Source: Anaeramoeba ignava BMAN
Lineage: Eukaryota > Protista > Anaeramoebae
Reading direction: 5' to 3'
DNA: 64,000 bases
Assembly (NCBI GenBank): GCA_028826165.1
Contig: JAPDFW010000114.1
Span: forward strand, 930,001-994,000
Below the pieces are notes generated by a model, which saw only the letters and a list, made by a program, of their open reading frames with translations, made no database searches and was not told the origin of the DNA. Positions 1-12,586 of this stretch are shown piece after piece; the first letter of the stretch is position 1; each line of letters opens with the position of its first letter. Both the position numbers and the translations under genes were made by a program.

Positions 1-2147
1 ATTTCTTTCTTTTTTTTTGTTTTATTTTCAAATATTTTTACAAAATGTTGCAACATTTGTTCTATCAAGTGAATCTGCGCAATTAACCCTCAAAACTCCT
101 TTTTGTTTTGATGCTAATGTTGTAATTGCATAATTTCCATCAGGACAAAATACAGAATTGATTTCGATATTTGATAAATTTTGATTCTCGAAATCAAATT
201 GAATAGATTCACCATCTCCATTTAAAATTTCTTTCCAAACCAAATCAAAATCAACATCATCCTTTCCAACAAGTTCAATTTGCCCTGAATTTAAATCATA
301 ATCTATAATTGTTTTTTTAATACTCTCCCAAAATCTTTTGATTCCGATAGCCTTTCCTTGGGTTTTGATTTGGAAAGACCAATCAAAATTTATAACAGAA
401 AGATTAATTTTGATTTTATCCTTAACATATTCAACAATATTTTGAAAATATTTATTCAATTCATTTTCATTATTATTGGGTCTTGATTTGAGAAGATTCA
501 CACAAGTAATATTTTTTGTTTCCAGTCTTTTCATTATTCTCTGGAAATACAATTCTGATTTATTAAAAGGATTCTTTTTGATAACAAATTTTGGTTTAGA
601 TATTTTGGTTTTTAAAGATGTTTTCCATCGTAAAGGAACAGTTCCAGTTCTATAAATATAAGAAAACCATTTGATAACTTTGATTGAATTTAAAAAGCAA
701 ATAATTTCGCATTCCATTTCATTTCCACTTTCTAAAAAATAAATATATAAATTTTAACAAAAAATTTTTTTTGTAAATAATTAATTCTAAACCTCCTATA
801 TCATTCAATCCTCTTGCATAATATCTTGTTCCTGGATTTAAGTTTGTTTTCTTAGCAAAATAAACTAAATTGATTTCTTCTTGAGAATGTTTTGATAAAA
901 TTCCATTACGAAAACAAGGAATAAACGAACCAACTGCAACTCCTTGAAGTAAAACAACACACCAACGAGAAAGACCTAATTCTTCAAAAGTTTTTCTAAA
1001 TTGCATGTTCCAACAAAAAATTGGATCATAACTAATTTTTGGAATATTTTTATTAAACAATAAATATCTATTTATTTGAGTAATTTTTTATTGATTTAAT
1101 AAATTATCTATTTTACTCATCAATATCATATGAAGATGGAAAAGGATGTGTAATATCATATGTTTCAGAATAAAAATGAACACGATCTAAAATGAATTCC
1201 ATCATTTTATCAATTTTTTTTTGGACATTTCTTTTTTAATTTTCAAAATGAATTTTTTATTTGATTTCAATTTTGAATTTTAATTTTAAATTTTCATAAT
1301 TTACTGATTATCAAATTGTAAATAAGAAAGTTTAACTTTAATCCAATTTGTTGAAATAAGTGTGTATATTTTATGTTCTCCATAAAGTTGAGCAGATAAT
1401 TGAACCTAAATTTAATTAATAAAAAAAATTAAATCAATATAAAAATTATTTATTTTTTGTTGATTTAAAATTTACTTTTGTTGCAATAAGAATTAAACCA
1501 AAGGAACCAATAACAACATATCCAAGTAATGCTTCTGCTCTAGTTGATTGTTTTATGGTTAATTTATTTGTAAAAGTTAAATAATTTTGTGCTTCCTCTT
1601 CTGAAGAAAATATATCCATATTTTCTCTTCCAACAAATTTTAAATTTCCAGAAATTGGATCTATTGAAAATAATTGTGTATCATTTCTTGTTGATAATGA
1701 AGAAATAATAAACTAAATTTTAGATTTTTAATTTTAATTTTAATTTTAATTTTGATTTTAATTTTGATTTTGATTTTGATTTTAATTTTTGATTTTAATT
1801 TTAATTTTAATTTTGATTTTAATTTTGATTTTGATTTTAATTTTGATTTTGATTTTAATTTTGATTTTGATTTTTAATTTAATTTTAATTTTAATTTTGA
1901 TTTTGATTTTAATTTTGATTTTGATTTTGATTTTGATTTTAATTTTAATTTTAATTTTGATTTTTAATTTTAATTTTAATTTTGATTTTGATTTTAATTT
2001 TAATTTTAATTTTGATTTTAATTTTAAATATTAATTTTTTACAAATTGATTATTTGTTGTTTGAATTATTAAATGAGTTGTTTTTCTTTTCGTTTTCCAA
2101 GTATTTTTATTGTTATTTGTATTATTGTTGTTATTTTGATATTGCAT
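1..2147 (-). CDS. SAC-domain phosphoinositide phosphatase, SAC9-like (multi-exon; runs off the window start)
   Basis: Catalytic CX5R motif RVNCADSLDRTN, plus YRTGTVPLRW and NPGTRYYARGLN SAC motifs. N-terminal exons read FIISSLSTRNDTQLFSIDPISGNLKFVG. ATG at 2147; several GT-AG introns. Confidence 0.85.
1715..2040. repeat. (TTTTAA/TTTTGA)n hexamer microsatellite inside a SAC gene intron
   Basis: Directly visible; produces spurious poly-IL/NF ORFs. Confidence 0.9.
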
Positions 2148-2280
2148 AAAATTTATATTAATATATTATATTAAATTTAATTTGTTATTTAAAGAAGAAA
2201 AAAATGAAAAAAAAAAATGAAAAAAAAAAAATTTTTTCTCAAATCTAAATGAAAAAGTGAAAAAACAACAAAAAGAATTT

Positions 2281-3175
2281 TGACTTAGATTTTAATTTTG
2301 ATTTTAATTTTGATTTTGATTTTGATTTTGATTTTGATTTAGATTTTTGATTTTAATTTTGATTTTAATTTTAATTTTAATTTTAATTATTAATTTTAAT
2401 TTTAATTTTAATTTTGATTTTGATTTTAATTTTAATTTTAATTTTGATTTAGATTTTTATTTTAATTTTAATTTTGATTTTCTTTTTGATTTTGATTTTG
2501 ATTTAGATTTTGATTTTAATTTTAATTTTAATTTTGATTTTAATTTTAATTTTTAATTTTAATTTTGATTTTGATTTTGATTTTCATTTTCATTTTGATT
2601 TTGATTTTAATTTTTAATTTTGATTTAGATTTTAATTTTAATTTTAATTTTGATTTTGATTTAGATTTTAATTTAGATTTTAATTTAGATTTTAATTTAG
2701 ATTTTGATTTAGATTTTAATTTAGATTTTAATTTAGATTTTGATTTTGATTTAGATTTTAGATTTTGATTTTAATTTTGATTTTGATTTTGATTTTAATT
2801 TAGATTTTGATTTTGATTTAGATTTTGATTTTAATTTTGATTTTGATTTTAATTTTAATTTTGATTTTAATTTTGATTTTGATTTTGATTTTTGATTTTA
2901 ATTTTGATTTTATTTTTTGATTAGACTTTGATTTTGATTTTGATTTTAATTTTGATTTTAATTTTAATTTTGATTTTGATTTTAATTTTAATTTTAATTT
3001 TGATTTTAATTTAATTTTAATTTTGTTTTTGATTTTGATTTAGATTTAGATTTTGATTTTAATTTAGATTTTGATTTTGATTTAGATTTAGATTTTGATT
3101 TTGATTTTGATTTTAATTTTAATTTTGATTTTAATTTTGATTTTGATTTTGATTTTCATTTTCATTTCATTTTTT
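2281..3175. repeat. (TTTTGA/TTTTAA/TTTAGA)n intergenic microsatellite
   Basis: Directly visible. Confidence 0.9.
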
Positions 3176-3190
3176 AATTCAATTCCAAAT

Positions 3191-5160
3191 TCATTTCTTT
3201 TTTTCATTTTGTTTTTGAAATTTGGAAATTTTAACTTGGTTTTCTTTCAAAAGTATCTCTGTTAAAAGTGACAATAGTTTAGAAAATTCAAAATCTTCTT
3301 TTTGAAATTCAGAAATAACTTCATCAATAAATTTAGATTTTCTCTTGATTTTTTTAGACAAAGTGATGAAAACATTTTGAAACCACTTCAAATCAGCATT
3401 TTTTGAATCTTTAATATCGTTTTGATTTCGAAATTTTGATAATCCAAGATTTTTTGAAAAATTCAAACGAAAACAAGAAAAATCTTTTTTGAATTCAGGC
3501 AAAAGAAAAATATCTGAAGTATCTAAATTTCCATGAGGAAACTTCATAAACATTAAACTATTCAAAGCTGTTGCGAGATCAATCGCAATTTTGATTAAAT
3601 CTATAGACTTGAGAGTAATTTTCATATTTTCAGTGAGAGCTTGAGAATTATTCAATTTTTGTGTTACAAATGTAAGATAATTATTAAAAAGAAACAATCC
3701 ATGAATATTCCATTTCGAACCATCAAGTGATTTTGCTTTTGCAATAAAATCGTTATATTGCTTTGTGAAATTGGGATCTCTATTAATTTGAATTTTTTCA
3801 ATAACAAATTCTTGTTGAGTTTGTGGATCTTGATAAATTGAATTATGAAATAGTGAAGGATGTATTCCAAAATAGGGTATTTTCTGAAGACAAGAATTTT
3901 GATCAATATCTGAAACTTCTGCATTTTCCAAAAATAAAGAAACCAATTTTCTGTTTTGTTTCCATTTGTATTCTTTTTCCAAAATGTTTCCTAAGCAAAT
4001 ATAAGAATGAGAAAAACTGTTGTTTTTTTCGATCACTTTTTGGAAGCAAGAAATTGCTTGATCTCTATTGTCAATTTCTTTATAAAGCATTCCAAATTGG
4101 AACAAAAGTTGATAATCTGAAATTTCCTCAATTTTGACTTGAGAAAGGAAATTGTGAGTCTCTGTTTTGTTTTTCTGTTGATGAGAAATATCCGCCAATC
4201 GGAATAAAATGCAGTATTTCAACGAATTATCATCAAGATTTTCCAGCGCTTGAAGAAAATACTTTTTCGCATTTTCAAAATCTTTCTTAAGAAAGTAAAT
4301 ATCGCCAAGTTGAGCGTTAATGAATGTTCTGTATTTCTCTTCTGATTTAATTTTATTGGTTGCTTCGATTGCCTTCTCAAATTTTTTGTTGATTTTATGA
4401 GTGATAATCAAGATGATTTGCGCTAAATTTTTTCTGTTTATGAATAAATTTTGCTCTTTTGTTGAAGAGAAATCTTTTTCTGAGGTTGAATCGATCACTT
4501 TTTTCAGACGCTTTCCAATTTCTTTGTAATTTTTATATTTGAAAGAATAAAGACTATAAACAAAACAATCTTGAGGGTTTTTAAAATCAAATTGTTTGCT
4601 AGGCCACAACTGAATATTCTGTGAATCTTTCTTTTGATAATAAATCTCTTCAATTAAAAAAATGCACTTTCTTTTCAATTGTAATTTTGATTGTGATTTT
4701 GATAATCCAAAGGCTTTTTCTGCTGTTTCCAAGGCTTTTTTAAGCTTTTCATTTCCTCCCATTTTAAGATAAGTTGTTGAAAGTAATAAATGTGCAGAAA
4801 TGCTATTTGATTTTAACTGAATTGCTTTTTGACAGTTTTTTTCTGCTTCTTCATAATTTGTTTTGAATAAATATATTTTTGCCAAATATAAACATGATTC
4901 AAATGATTTTGGATTGTGTTTCAATTCAAGCAAAAATTCTCCATTGATTTTGAACAATTTTCTTTGTTTGTTTTGAATTCTTCAAAATATAATTTTCCTA
5001 AATAATAATGAATGTGAAAATTTGTTTTCCAAATTTCAAACGGAGAAAGTTGTATTTGTAACTTCTCCAGTGTTGATATTGCTTTAGTTTTTGTTTCTTT
5101 TTCCTTTCCAAGTCTGAAAAGAAGTTTAATTGAATTTTCAATAATTTGTTTATTTTGCAT
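3191..5160 (-). CDS. TPR-repeat protein with a degenerate C-terminal kinase-like region; frame break near 4930-4957
   Basis: Multiple TPR-like helices (YLAKIYLFKTNYEEAEKNCQKAIQL, LGDIYFLKKDFENAKKYFLQAL) and IAIDLATALNSL..FPHGNLDTSDIFL. Two overlapping ORFs join into one protein. Confidence 0.7.
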
Positions 5161-5232
5161 AAATTTTTTAAAAAAAAAAAATGAAAAAAAAAAAAGGAAA
5201 AAAAAAAGGAAAAATTTTAATTTGTTTAAAAA

Positions 5233-6333
5233 CTAAAAAAAATGGGAAAATTTTTGGATTTGATTTGTTCCATATTCTTCATATTCTTTTTTTTTTAAGG
5301 AACTTCTTAAAAATTCTTCTGAATTTACAAAAATTGAACCTCCAATCCAAGAAAGAAGATCATTTTCCATTTTTTTTGGAAAGGAAATATTTTCATTCCC
5401 ACTTAAATAACTTATTTCTTTCTTTAATCTTTCTTGAAAACCATCAAACATGGTTGTTCCACCTGAAAGAATTATATTGGATAATAAGGAATTTCGAATT
5501 TTTGGATGAAATAATTCAACACTTGAGAAAATTGCGTTTTGAATACTTGGTTGTTCAAGATTGACTAAATTTGGCTGGAAAAGTATTTCTGGACATTGGA
5601 ATCTTTCTGCACTAAGTATTACCTCTGTCTCTTTGATTTGGAACCTTTTTTCATATTGATTTGGTTGATTTGATACCATTTCAACTTCTTCATCATAATC
5701 TAAAGCAACATAACAAGCATTTTCTTTGATTTGTTTAACAAACTCAAAATCTGAGGTTGATGTAAAATAATAACCGCTTTTCTTCAATCCTTTAATCAAA
5801 TATTGAGTAAGATCTCTTCCTCCAAATTCAAAAAAAGGTAATTGATAATTTGTTGTAAATTTTTCTTGATAAACTGGTAATATTTGAATCAATCCATCTC
5901 CAATATCAACAACAATTCCTGTTTTTTTCTTGACTGCAAGAAATGCTAACAAAGGCTGTATTTCAAATCCAATCGAACCAACTTGAAAAGTTTCAAACAA
6001 TATTTGAGCAATTTTTTCTCTTTGTAATTTCGATCCAAATATTGGTTCGGTAATAAGAACTGATTTTTCTGTTGGTTCGATTTTAAGTTCAGACAGAAAA
6101 AGATGCTCATAAACTTTCTCAAAATTATCCCAGTTTTGGATTCTTCCTTTTTCCATTGTATATTCTATTCTTAATTCCTTTTTTGAAGTTGCTTCATCTC
6201 CAATATAAATATCGTTTTTTATGTTTTTTCCAATTAAATTAGATATTTTGATTTTGGGTGAAATTTCTCCTGAAAATCCCGCTTTGATTGAACTTGAACC
6301 TTGATCAATAACAATAACATTTCCAGATTCCAT
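5233..6333 (-). CDS. Divergent actin-family protein
   Basis: VIDQGSSSIKAGFSG, VVDIGDG, FGGRDLTQYL, ERFQCPEILFQP, IILSGGTTMFDG and SWIGGSI actin motifs; intronless. Confidence 0.92.
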   Translation of the reverse strand: MESGNVIVIDQGSSSIKAGFSGEISPKIKISNLIGKNIKNDIYIGDEATSKKELRIEYTMEKGRIQNWDNFEKVYEHLFLSELKIEPTEKSVLITEPIFGSKLQREKIAQILFETFQVGSIGFEIQPLLAFLAVKKKTGIVVDIGDGLIQILPVYQEKFTTNYQLPFFEFGGRDLTQYLIKGLKKSGYYFTSTSDFEFVKQIKENACYVALDYDEEVEMVSNQPNQYEKRFQIKETEVILSAERFQCPEILFQPNLVNLEQPSIQNAIFSSVELFHPKIRNSLLSNIILSGGTTMFDGFQERLKKEISYLSGNENISFPKKMENDLLSWIGGSIFVNSEEFLRSSLKKKEYEEYGTNQIQKFSHFF

Positions 6334-6417
6334 CGACTAAACAAAACAAAACAAAACAAAACAAAGAATAAAATTTATTATTTTTGTTCTTCTCTTTTTG
6401 AAAAGAAAATTTTTGAT

Positions 6418-7674
6418 TTAGATTATTACAAAATGAGATGGAAGATCTTTCTGAAAATGAAAATGGGATTCATTTTTTGTTTCTGATATTTTTGGATTGT
6501 CTTGGAAAGTTGGAATTTCGCCATTTTCATTATATTCATCAATAGAATGAAAATCCTTCAATTTTGATGATATTTTTGAACTCCCAATCCAACTTAAATA
6601 CTTCCGATTTTCCAAACTAACAATATTCACTTCTTTTCCAGATAAGAATTCAAGTTCTTTTTTCAATCTTGTTGGAAAGCCTTGAAACATGGTTGATCCT
6701 CCAGATAAAATGACATTCTGTAATAAACTTGCGTGATATTCATTATCACAAGACAAAATACTATCATAAATTAATTCTTGAATAGATTGGCATTCCAAAT
6801 CTTGGAATTTGGGCTGAAACAATAACTCAGGACAAACGAATCGAGATTTTGAAAGCGAAACAACTTGTCCATCAGGAAGTTCGTAAGATTTACTGGAATC
6901 ATCTTTTTGTTCATAATCCAAAGCCACATAACATAGTTTCTCTTTGATGTTCCTGATTATTTCAATCTCAGAAGTATCATTGAATAAAGGCAAATTGGCT
7001 GCTTCTGAATATAATAGTTTCCTCATAAATAAATTCAATTCATAACCTCCAATATTTTGTCTTCTCATATTTTCATACAAAGGATTCCCATTAATAAAAG
7101 GTTCCACAATACAAACTCCATCTCCAATATGAACAACAACGCCTGTTGAATTTATATCCACTGTTGCTAGCACTGATTGGCAAAAATCATTCAAATTTAA
7201 GAAAGGAACATCCAAAGTTTCAAAGAAAATTTCTGCGATTCTTTGTGATTGCTCCTTGGGATTGCCTGCAAATTCATTTACAGCAACAGGATGATCCTCA
7301 GGAGAGGCGCGAAGTTCATTATAGAATGTGTGATGAATCAATCTTTCGTAATCATCCCAATTCTCAATTATCCCGTTTTGTATTGGACTGTTCAAATTGA
7401 GATATCCTCTTTTTGAATTTGCTTCATCTCCAATATAAACTTCTCTTCTTTCAATCCCAGTTGTGAGTGGATGGTTTAAACGAAGCAGTTTTCTTTTTTC
7501 TTGTTCTTCTTTTCCAATATAAACTCTATTGAGTTCAATTCCTGTTGTTACAAGTGAATATTTATATCTTCCAACATAATTCGGAAAAACTACACATGGA
7601 TATTTTTCATTCCCAAATCCTGCTTTAATATTATATGATCCCATATTAAGTAAAATAATTCTCTTTTTCTCCAT
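6418..7674 (-). CDS. Divergent actin-family protein with an internal subdomain-2 duplication (likely start MEKKRIILL at 7674)
   Basis: NMGSYNIKAGFG, IIENWDDYERLIHHTFYNELRASPEDHPV, YELPDGQVV and ILSGGSTMFQG. The ORF's N-terminal extension is repeat-derived. Confidence 0.9.
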   Translation of the reverse strand: MEKKRIILLNMGSYNIKAGFGNEKYPCVVFPNYVGRYKYSLVTTGIELNRVYIGKEEQEKRKLLRLNHPLTTGIERREVYIGDEANSKRGYLNLNSPIQNGIIENWDDYERLIHHTFYNELRASPEDHPVAVNEFAGNPKEQSQRIAEIFFETLDVPFLNLNDFCQSVLATVDINSTGVVVHIGDGVCIVEPFINGNPLYENMRRQNIGGYELNLFMRKLLYSEAANLPLFNDTSEIEIIRNIKEKLCYVALDYEQKDDSSKSYELPDGQVVSLSKSRFVCPELLFQPKFQDLECQSIQELIYDSILSCDNEYHASLLQNVILSGGSTMFQGFPTRLKKELEFLSGKEVNIVSLENRKYLSWIGSSKISSKLKDFHSIDEYNENGEIPTFQDNPKISETKNESHFHFQKDLPSHFVII

Positions 7675-7724
7675 TTCTTTTAATTTAGAAAGAAAAAAAA
7701 AATGAAAAAAAAAATATTTGAATT

Positions 7725-8240
7725 TAGAATCAATCAAACAAAAATCAATCAAACAAAAATTGAAGAATGAAAAACTAAGAAATGAATCAATCAAACAAAA
7801 ATTAAGAAATGAATTAATCAATGAAAAACTAAGAAATGAATTAATCAATCAAAAATTAAGAAATCAATTAATCAATCAAAAATTGAGAAATGAATTAATC
7901 AATTAAAAATTAATCAATCAAACAATCAATCAATAAATCAATCAATTAATTAATCAATCAATTAATCAATTAATCAATCAATTAATCAATCAATCAATTA
8001 ATCAATCTTAAAATTAATCAATCAATTAATCAATCAATCAATAAATCAATAAATAAATCAATTAATCAATCAATCAATCAATCAATCAATTAATAAATCA
8101 ATTAATCAATTAATTAATAAATCAATTAATCAATTAATTAATCAATCAAACAAAAATTAAGAAATGAATTAATCAGTCAATCAATAAATCAATCAATTAA
8201 TTAATTAATAAATTAATCAATCAATCAATCAATCAATCTT
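7725..8240. repeat. ATCA/ATTA-based microsatellite plus ~24-bp units between divergently transcribed genes
   Basis: Directly visible. Confidence 0.8.
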
Positions 8241-8270
8241 AAATCAAAAAAAAGAAATAAGAAGAAAAAA

Positions 8271-8318
8271 ATTTTTTTCATTTTTCATTTTTCATTTTTC
8301 ATTTTTCATTTTTCATTT
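8271..8318 (+). promoter_or_regulatory. Iterated TTTTTCA (Inr-like) element just upstream of the ATG; representative instance
   Basis: The same motif precedes the starts at 19704, 22353, 43489, 50146, 53012, 58922 and 60782. Confidence 0.5.
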
Positions 8319-8324
8319 AAAAAA

Positions 8325-9448
8325 ATGTCGAAAAAAAGAAAAAATAAAATGAAATTTGAAATTGAAAACATTTCCAAACAAAATTCAAATTCGGATTTAC
8401 AAACAAATTTACCAGAAGATTCCAATATAAATACTAAAATAGAAATAGATACAGATTCAGACACAGATTCAGATTCTTTTAATGAAGATGAAATGGTTCA
8501 TAGAATTGAAATGTTTTCACTTGAAGATGAAAAAGAAAAAGGAAAAGAAAAAGAAAAAGAAAAAGAAAAAGGAAAAGAATTAAATAGTGATGAAAGTGAT
8601 GGAGAAAATGAAGACATTTTAGTTGATTTTGAATTCTTTGATCCGAAACCTGAAGATGAAACACAAATAATTCCTTTTTTTCAGAATTGGATTGATATTA
8701 AAAATCTGGATTTAGATGGCATTATTCAATTTATTTTACATCAAACAAGAGTCGGAACAGTGATTAAAAATGGGGAAAATGGAGATATTTTCGGATTCAT
8801 TTCTGTTATTAATATCAGCAAATACAAGATGAATTCTGTTGAAAAAATTATTGAATCAATTATTGAAAAGTCGCAAAAAACACCAAAAAAGAATTTTATG
8901 AAAATGCTATTCGCAAATCCAAAAAAGCAAATAGGATTGATTGTGAGTAACAGGATAATTAATCTTCCGCTTGAATTAGCACCACCTTTAACAAGAGGAC
9001 TTTTTGATGAGATTTCATGGGCAACAGAAGATGAAGTATTTTAAATCAAAATCAAAATTTTAAATCAAAAATTAAAAAAATAAAAAAAATAAAAAAATAT
9101 TCAATTATTAAGCCAACTGAAGAATTAAGAAATTCGTTCAAATTCACAGATTATATTTATGTTACAAGAGCTTTTAGGGAATTTGAAATGGAAAAAAATT
9201 CAGTTAAAAAATCAAGAAAAACCAAAAATCTTTCAAAATCGGAATTATATTATACAAAATTTGAAGATGAATTTTATCTCAAAGCTTCTCAATTCCATTT
9301 TATGTGGCCAATTCCACCCAAAGAAGAAAATCCGATTACTCATTACTATCAAGTTGTGATGGTAATTCCACAAAATAAACTTCCATCAATTAGAAAACAA
9401 GTTCATGAAGCTTTAGGAATGGAAGAAGAAGAAGAAAATAAAAATTAA
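8325..9448 (+). CDS. BCP1: BCP1/BCCIP family protein (exons 8325-9035 and 9113-9448)
   Basis: VDFEFFDPKPED, VGTVIK, FGFISVIN and IINLPLELAPPL..LFDEISWATEDE|PTEELRNSFKF; the GT-AG intron restores the frame. Confidence 0.9.
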
Positions 9449-9716
9449 AATCAATTAAAAAAAATTAAAAATAAAAATCAATAAAAAATTTTTTTACTTT
9501 TTGGGAATTTTTTTTTGAATTAGCAAAAAAATTTTAAAAATAAATTTTAAAAATAATTTTTAAAAATAATTTGAAATTTTTCATTGTAGAACACAAAACC
9601 AAATTGAATTGAAAAGATAATGAAAAAAAGATAATGAAAAAAAGATAAAAAGTTGTTTTGAAAAGATCAGGAAAAACCTACAAAGATCTGCAAATGCTAT
9701 TTATTGACAGAATTTC

Positions 9717-12407
9717 TCACAATTTTAAATCCTGAACAAGTAGCGCACAAAGCTTCTGGAATTCCCAAATATCACCGATAATTCTTTTGAACTTGATCAT
9801 ATTGAGTTTACGCAAATTTTGAACACGAACGATCTCAAGTTCGAATTTGATCTCGTTCTTTGTGCATTTGAGAACGAAGCCTTTCTCCTTGAAGATGACG
9901 TTTTGGCGCTTGAGCATGCGCTTGCACCTTTTGAGAATGGATTTAGGAGAGCGAGAAGAGGTTGTCGAAGCATCGAATGCACCACGAGCTTCTCGTGTTT
10001 GCTGGTTGTCGTTCTTCTTCAGCTCGTTGAGCTCAATGGAGATTTTGGGGATGTCGTGAGGCTCGAATGTGATTGCACGATCTCTTTTTGTTTCATCGGT
10101 GATTTTGGGGTTTTTTTGTGGGAAAATGTTTGGGTTTTGTTGTTCATTTTGTGGGGAAGGTTCGTGATCCATTGAATTTTCTTGTTTTTGGGTTTGAATT
10201 TTGGATGAGATTTCGATCATCTCGTTTGTCGACATTGTGTTTGCTCGTTGTTTTGAGACAGGACTTTGTGAATATATGGTTTCCATGGAGGTATTCGGCT
10301 GGGAAAAAGGCGGGAGAGTATAAGGCGGGAATTGGGGGTTCTGATAAGGATGAAAGTGGCTCTGTGGCTGGATTTGCTGAGGGAATATATTGCTGTGGAA
10401 CTTTCTTTGCGCGTAGTTGGGGATGGGGAACTGAGGTTTTATATTTTGTTGGGGAAAAATATTTCCATTTGATTGAATGTTTGGATTGTTTATGTTTATT
10501 CTGTTTGTGTTGATCCCTTGTTGCGTATTTTGTGCGTTGAAGAATTGGAAGGGAGGATCCTGGAATACAGATGGCTTTGTGAAGTATCCGAGAGGCGGTC
10601 CGAATATGGAAGGGTTGAGAAAGTACCGTTTGTTATCGTTATTTTGAGGAATTTCTTTTTTTTCATTTTGATCTTCAGTTTCGAACTCCATTTCTTGAGA
10701 CTGTACTGAGTGTTCCTGTGCTCTTGCGCCCTGTTGCGGGAAGGGTATCTGGCTGGGGTTCATTCCTTGGTAGTACATTTTCTGCGAGGGATATTGGAAC
10801 GTGTTCTGGAACGGGAACTGATATTGAGGTGGTTTGAAAGAAGGGAATTGCTGTTGGTTTGGGATTCCGAAGAAATTGGGTCTCTGAACAGGAAAATTAA
10901 CATTGCGATTCCATTGTCTTGTTTGCGCGGATTGTTTCATCTGGGCATCCATCCGCTTCTGTTTGTTGTGGAAGAATACGCGATAGGCTTCTGTTGTTGA
11001 GTTGTGAATTTTGTTTTTAATGAGCTCACGAATTTCTTCCGAATCAAAATTGAGTTGTTTCATCTCCATCAGCACTTCGTCGTCGATAGAGATATTTGCA
11101 AAGAAATCCTGTTCGTTGTCTAAATTATCTTGTTTCTTTGTGCCTTTAGTGAACCAAGGATGGACTTTGATCTGTTCGATTGTATATCTTGAGTCCGGAT
11201 TTTTATCTATGATCTTATACAGAAGATCTGTGGCTTCGAGAGAAATGAAGGAAGGAACCTGGAAGGAGCCCTGTACAATTCTCTGGCAAAGATCGCGAAC
11301 CGTTGGGCCTTGAAACGGCAGAAACCCGCATAGTATCGCATATAAGACAACGCCCAATGACCAAATATCTACCTTAGGTCCTATGTACTCCTTCCCAAGT
11401 ATCAGCTCAGGTGCTGAATACGATAATGACCCGCAGCTTGTTGTTAATAATTCCCCAAGATGCGTGAAATTTGCTAATCCAAAGTCGATTATTATTACTT
11501 TCATTTCTGCGTTTAATAGCAGGTTTTCGGGCTTGATGTCACGGTGAACTATGTTTAATTTGTGGCAGTAATCAACACCTTTAATTTATTTTTTAAATTT
11601 AGTTTGTTTTTTTTGATTAATTTTTTTATTTAATTTTTTTTATTTAATTTTTTTTTTTGGAATTTCAATTTTTGCTTTTTATTTTTGTTTTTAGATTATA
11701 TTTTGATTTAATTTCCCTTTTTCTTTTTAAATATTTATTATTATTAATTTATTAATTAATTATTTTATTTTATTTTATTTTGATCGATTTTGATCTAAAT
11801 AAAATTTTTTTTAATTTTTTAATTTTAAATTTTAAATAAAAAATAAATAAAACTTTTTTTTGGATAATTTTTAATTTTTAATTTAATTTTGTTTAATTAA
11901 AAAAAATTACCAGCAATAATTTGTCTAAAAAAATCTCGGGCTAAATCTTCTGATATACGACCATGAGTAACAATAAAATCAAAGAGTTCTCCTGTCTCTG
12001 CATATTCCATAACAAGATATAAAAATTGCTCATCTTCAAATACTTCAAATAATCTAACAACATTTGGATGATCAATCATTTGTAATATTTTTATTTCACG
12101 TTCGAGTTTTTCTTTAGCACCTTTTTCAAGTAAAACTTTTGACTTATCAATTTCTTTTATTGCAACCTTTTAAAAGTTATTTTATTGAAGAGATTTTAAA
12201 TAAGATTTTTTTTTCTTATTTCTTTTTATTTCTTTTTATTTCTTTTTTTATTTTGATGTGATAAAAAAAGGAAAAAAACGGAAATTCATTTACTTTTTCT
12301 CCTGTTTCAATATTTGTTGATAAACGAACTTTTCCAAAACTGCCTTCACCAATAGTTTTTCCTACTATATATCTTCCTATTATTCTTTGTATATTTTCCG
12401 TTTCCAT
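9717..12407 (-). CDS. AMPK/SNF1/MARK-family Ser/Thr kinase with UBA-like and C-terminal KA1 domains (exons ~12407-12294, 12166-11911, 11578-9717)
   Basis: GEGSFGKV, VAIK, HRDIKPEN, DFGLAN, TSCGSLSYSAPE, and KA1-type FELEIVRV..IKFKRIIGDIWEFQKLC. Confidence 0.92.
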
Positions 12408-12586
12408 TTTAAAAAAAAAATTATTTAACTTATTTTATAAGGAAATTTAAACAAAAAAAAAAAAGTAAAAAAAAGTAAAAAAATCATTTTAAAATTAAAA
12501 TTAAAATTTTTTTTTTTTTTCAACTTTCAAAAAACATTTTTTCATTTTTTTTCTTTTCTTTTCTTTTCTTTTCTTTTTTTATTAAA

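Noticed and set aside
1789-2768. Poly-IL/NF/DF ORFs here and at 12938-13426, 17308-17520, 19116-19343 and 23366-23674
   Set aside because: They are translations of hexamer or 11-mer satellites lying in introns or intergenic DNA.
4921-4957. Frame breaks in the TPR gene, the PTH2 N-terminus (~15750), the SAC gene region (~720) and the BTB-TLDc gene (~38770) as programmed frameshifts or pseudogenes
   Set aside because: They fall in homopolymer or low-complexity tracts or at small introns. Sequencing indels or unmodelled introns are more likely, and I cannot resolve this without reads.
9797-11313. Several long antisense ORFs over the kinase gene
   Set aside because: Shadow ORFs caused by higher GC; no recognisable motifs.
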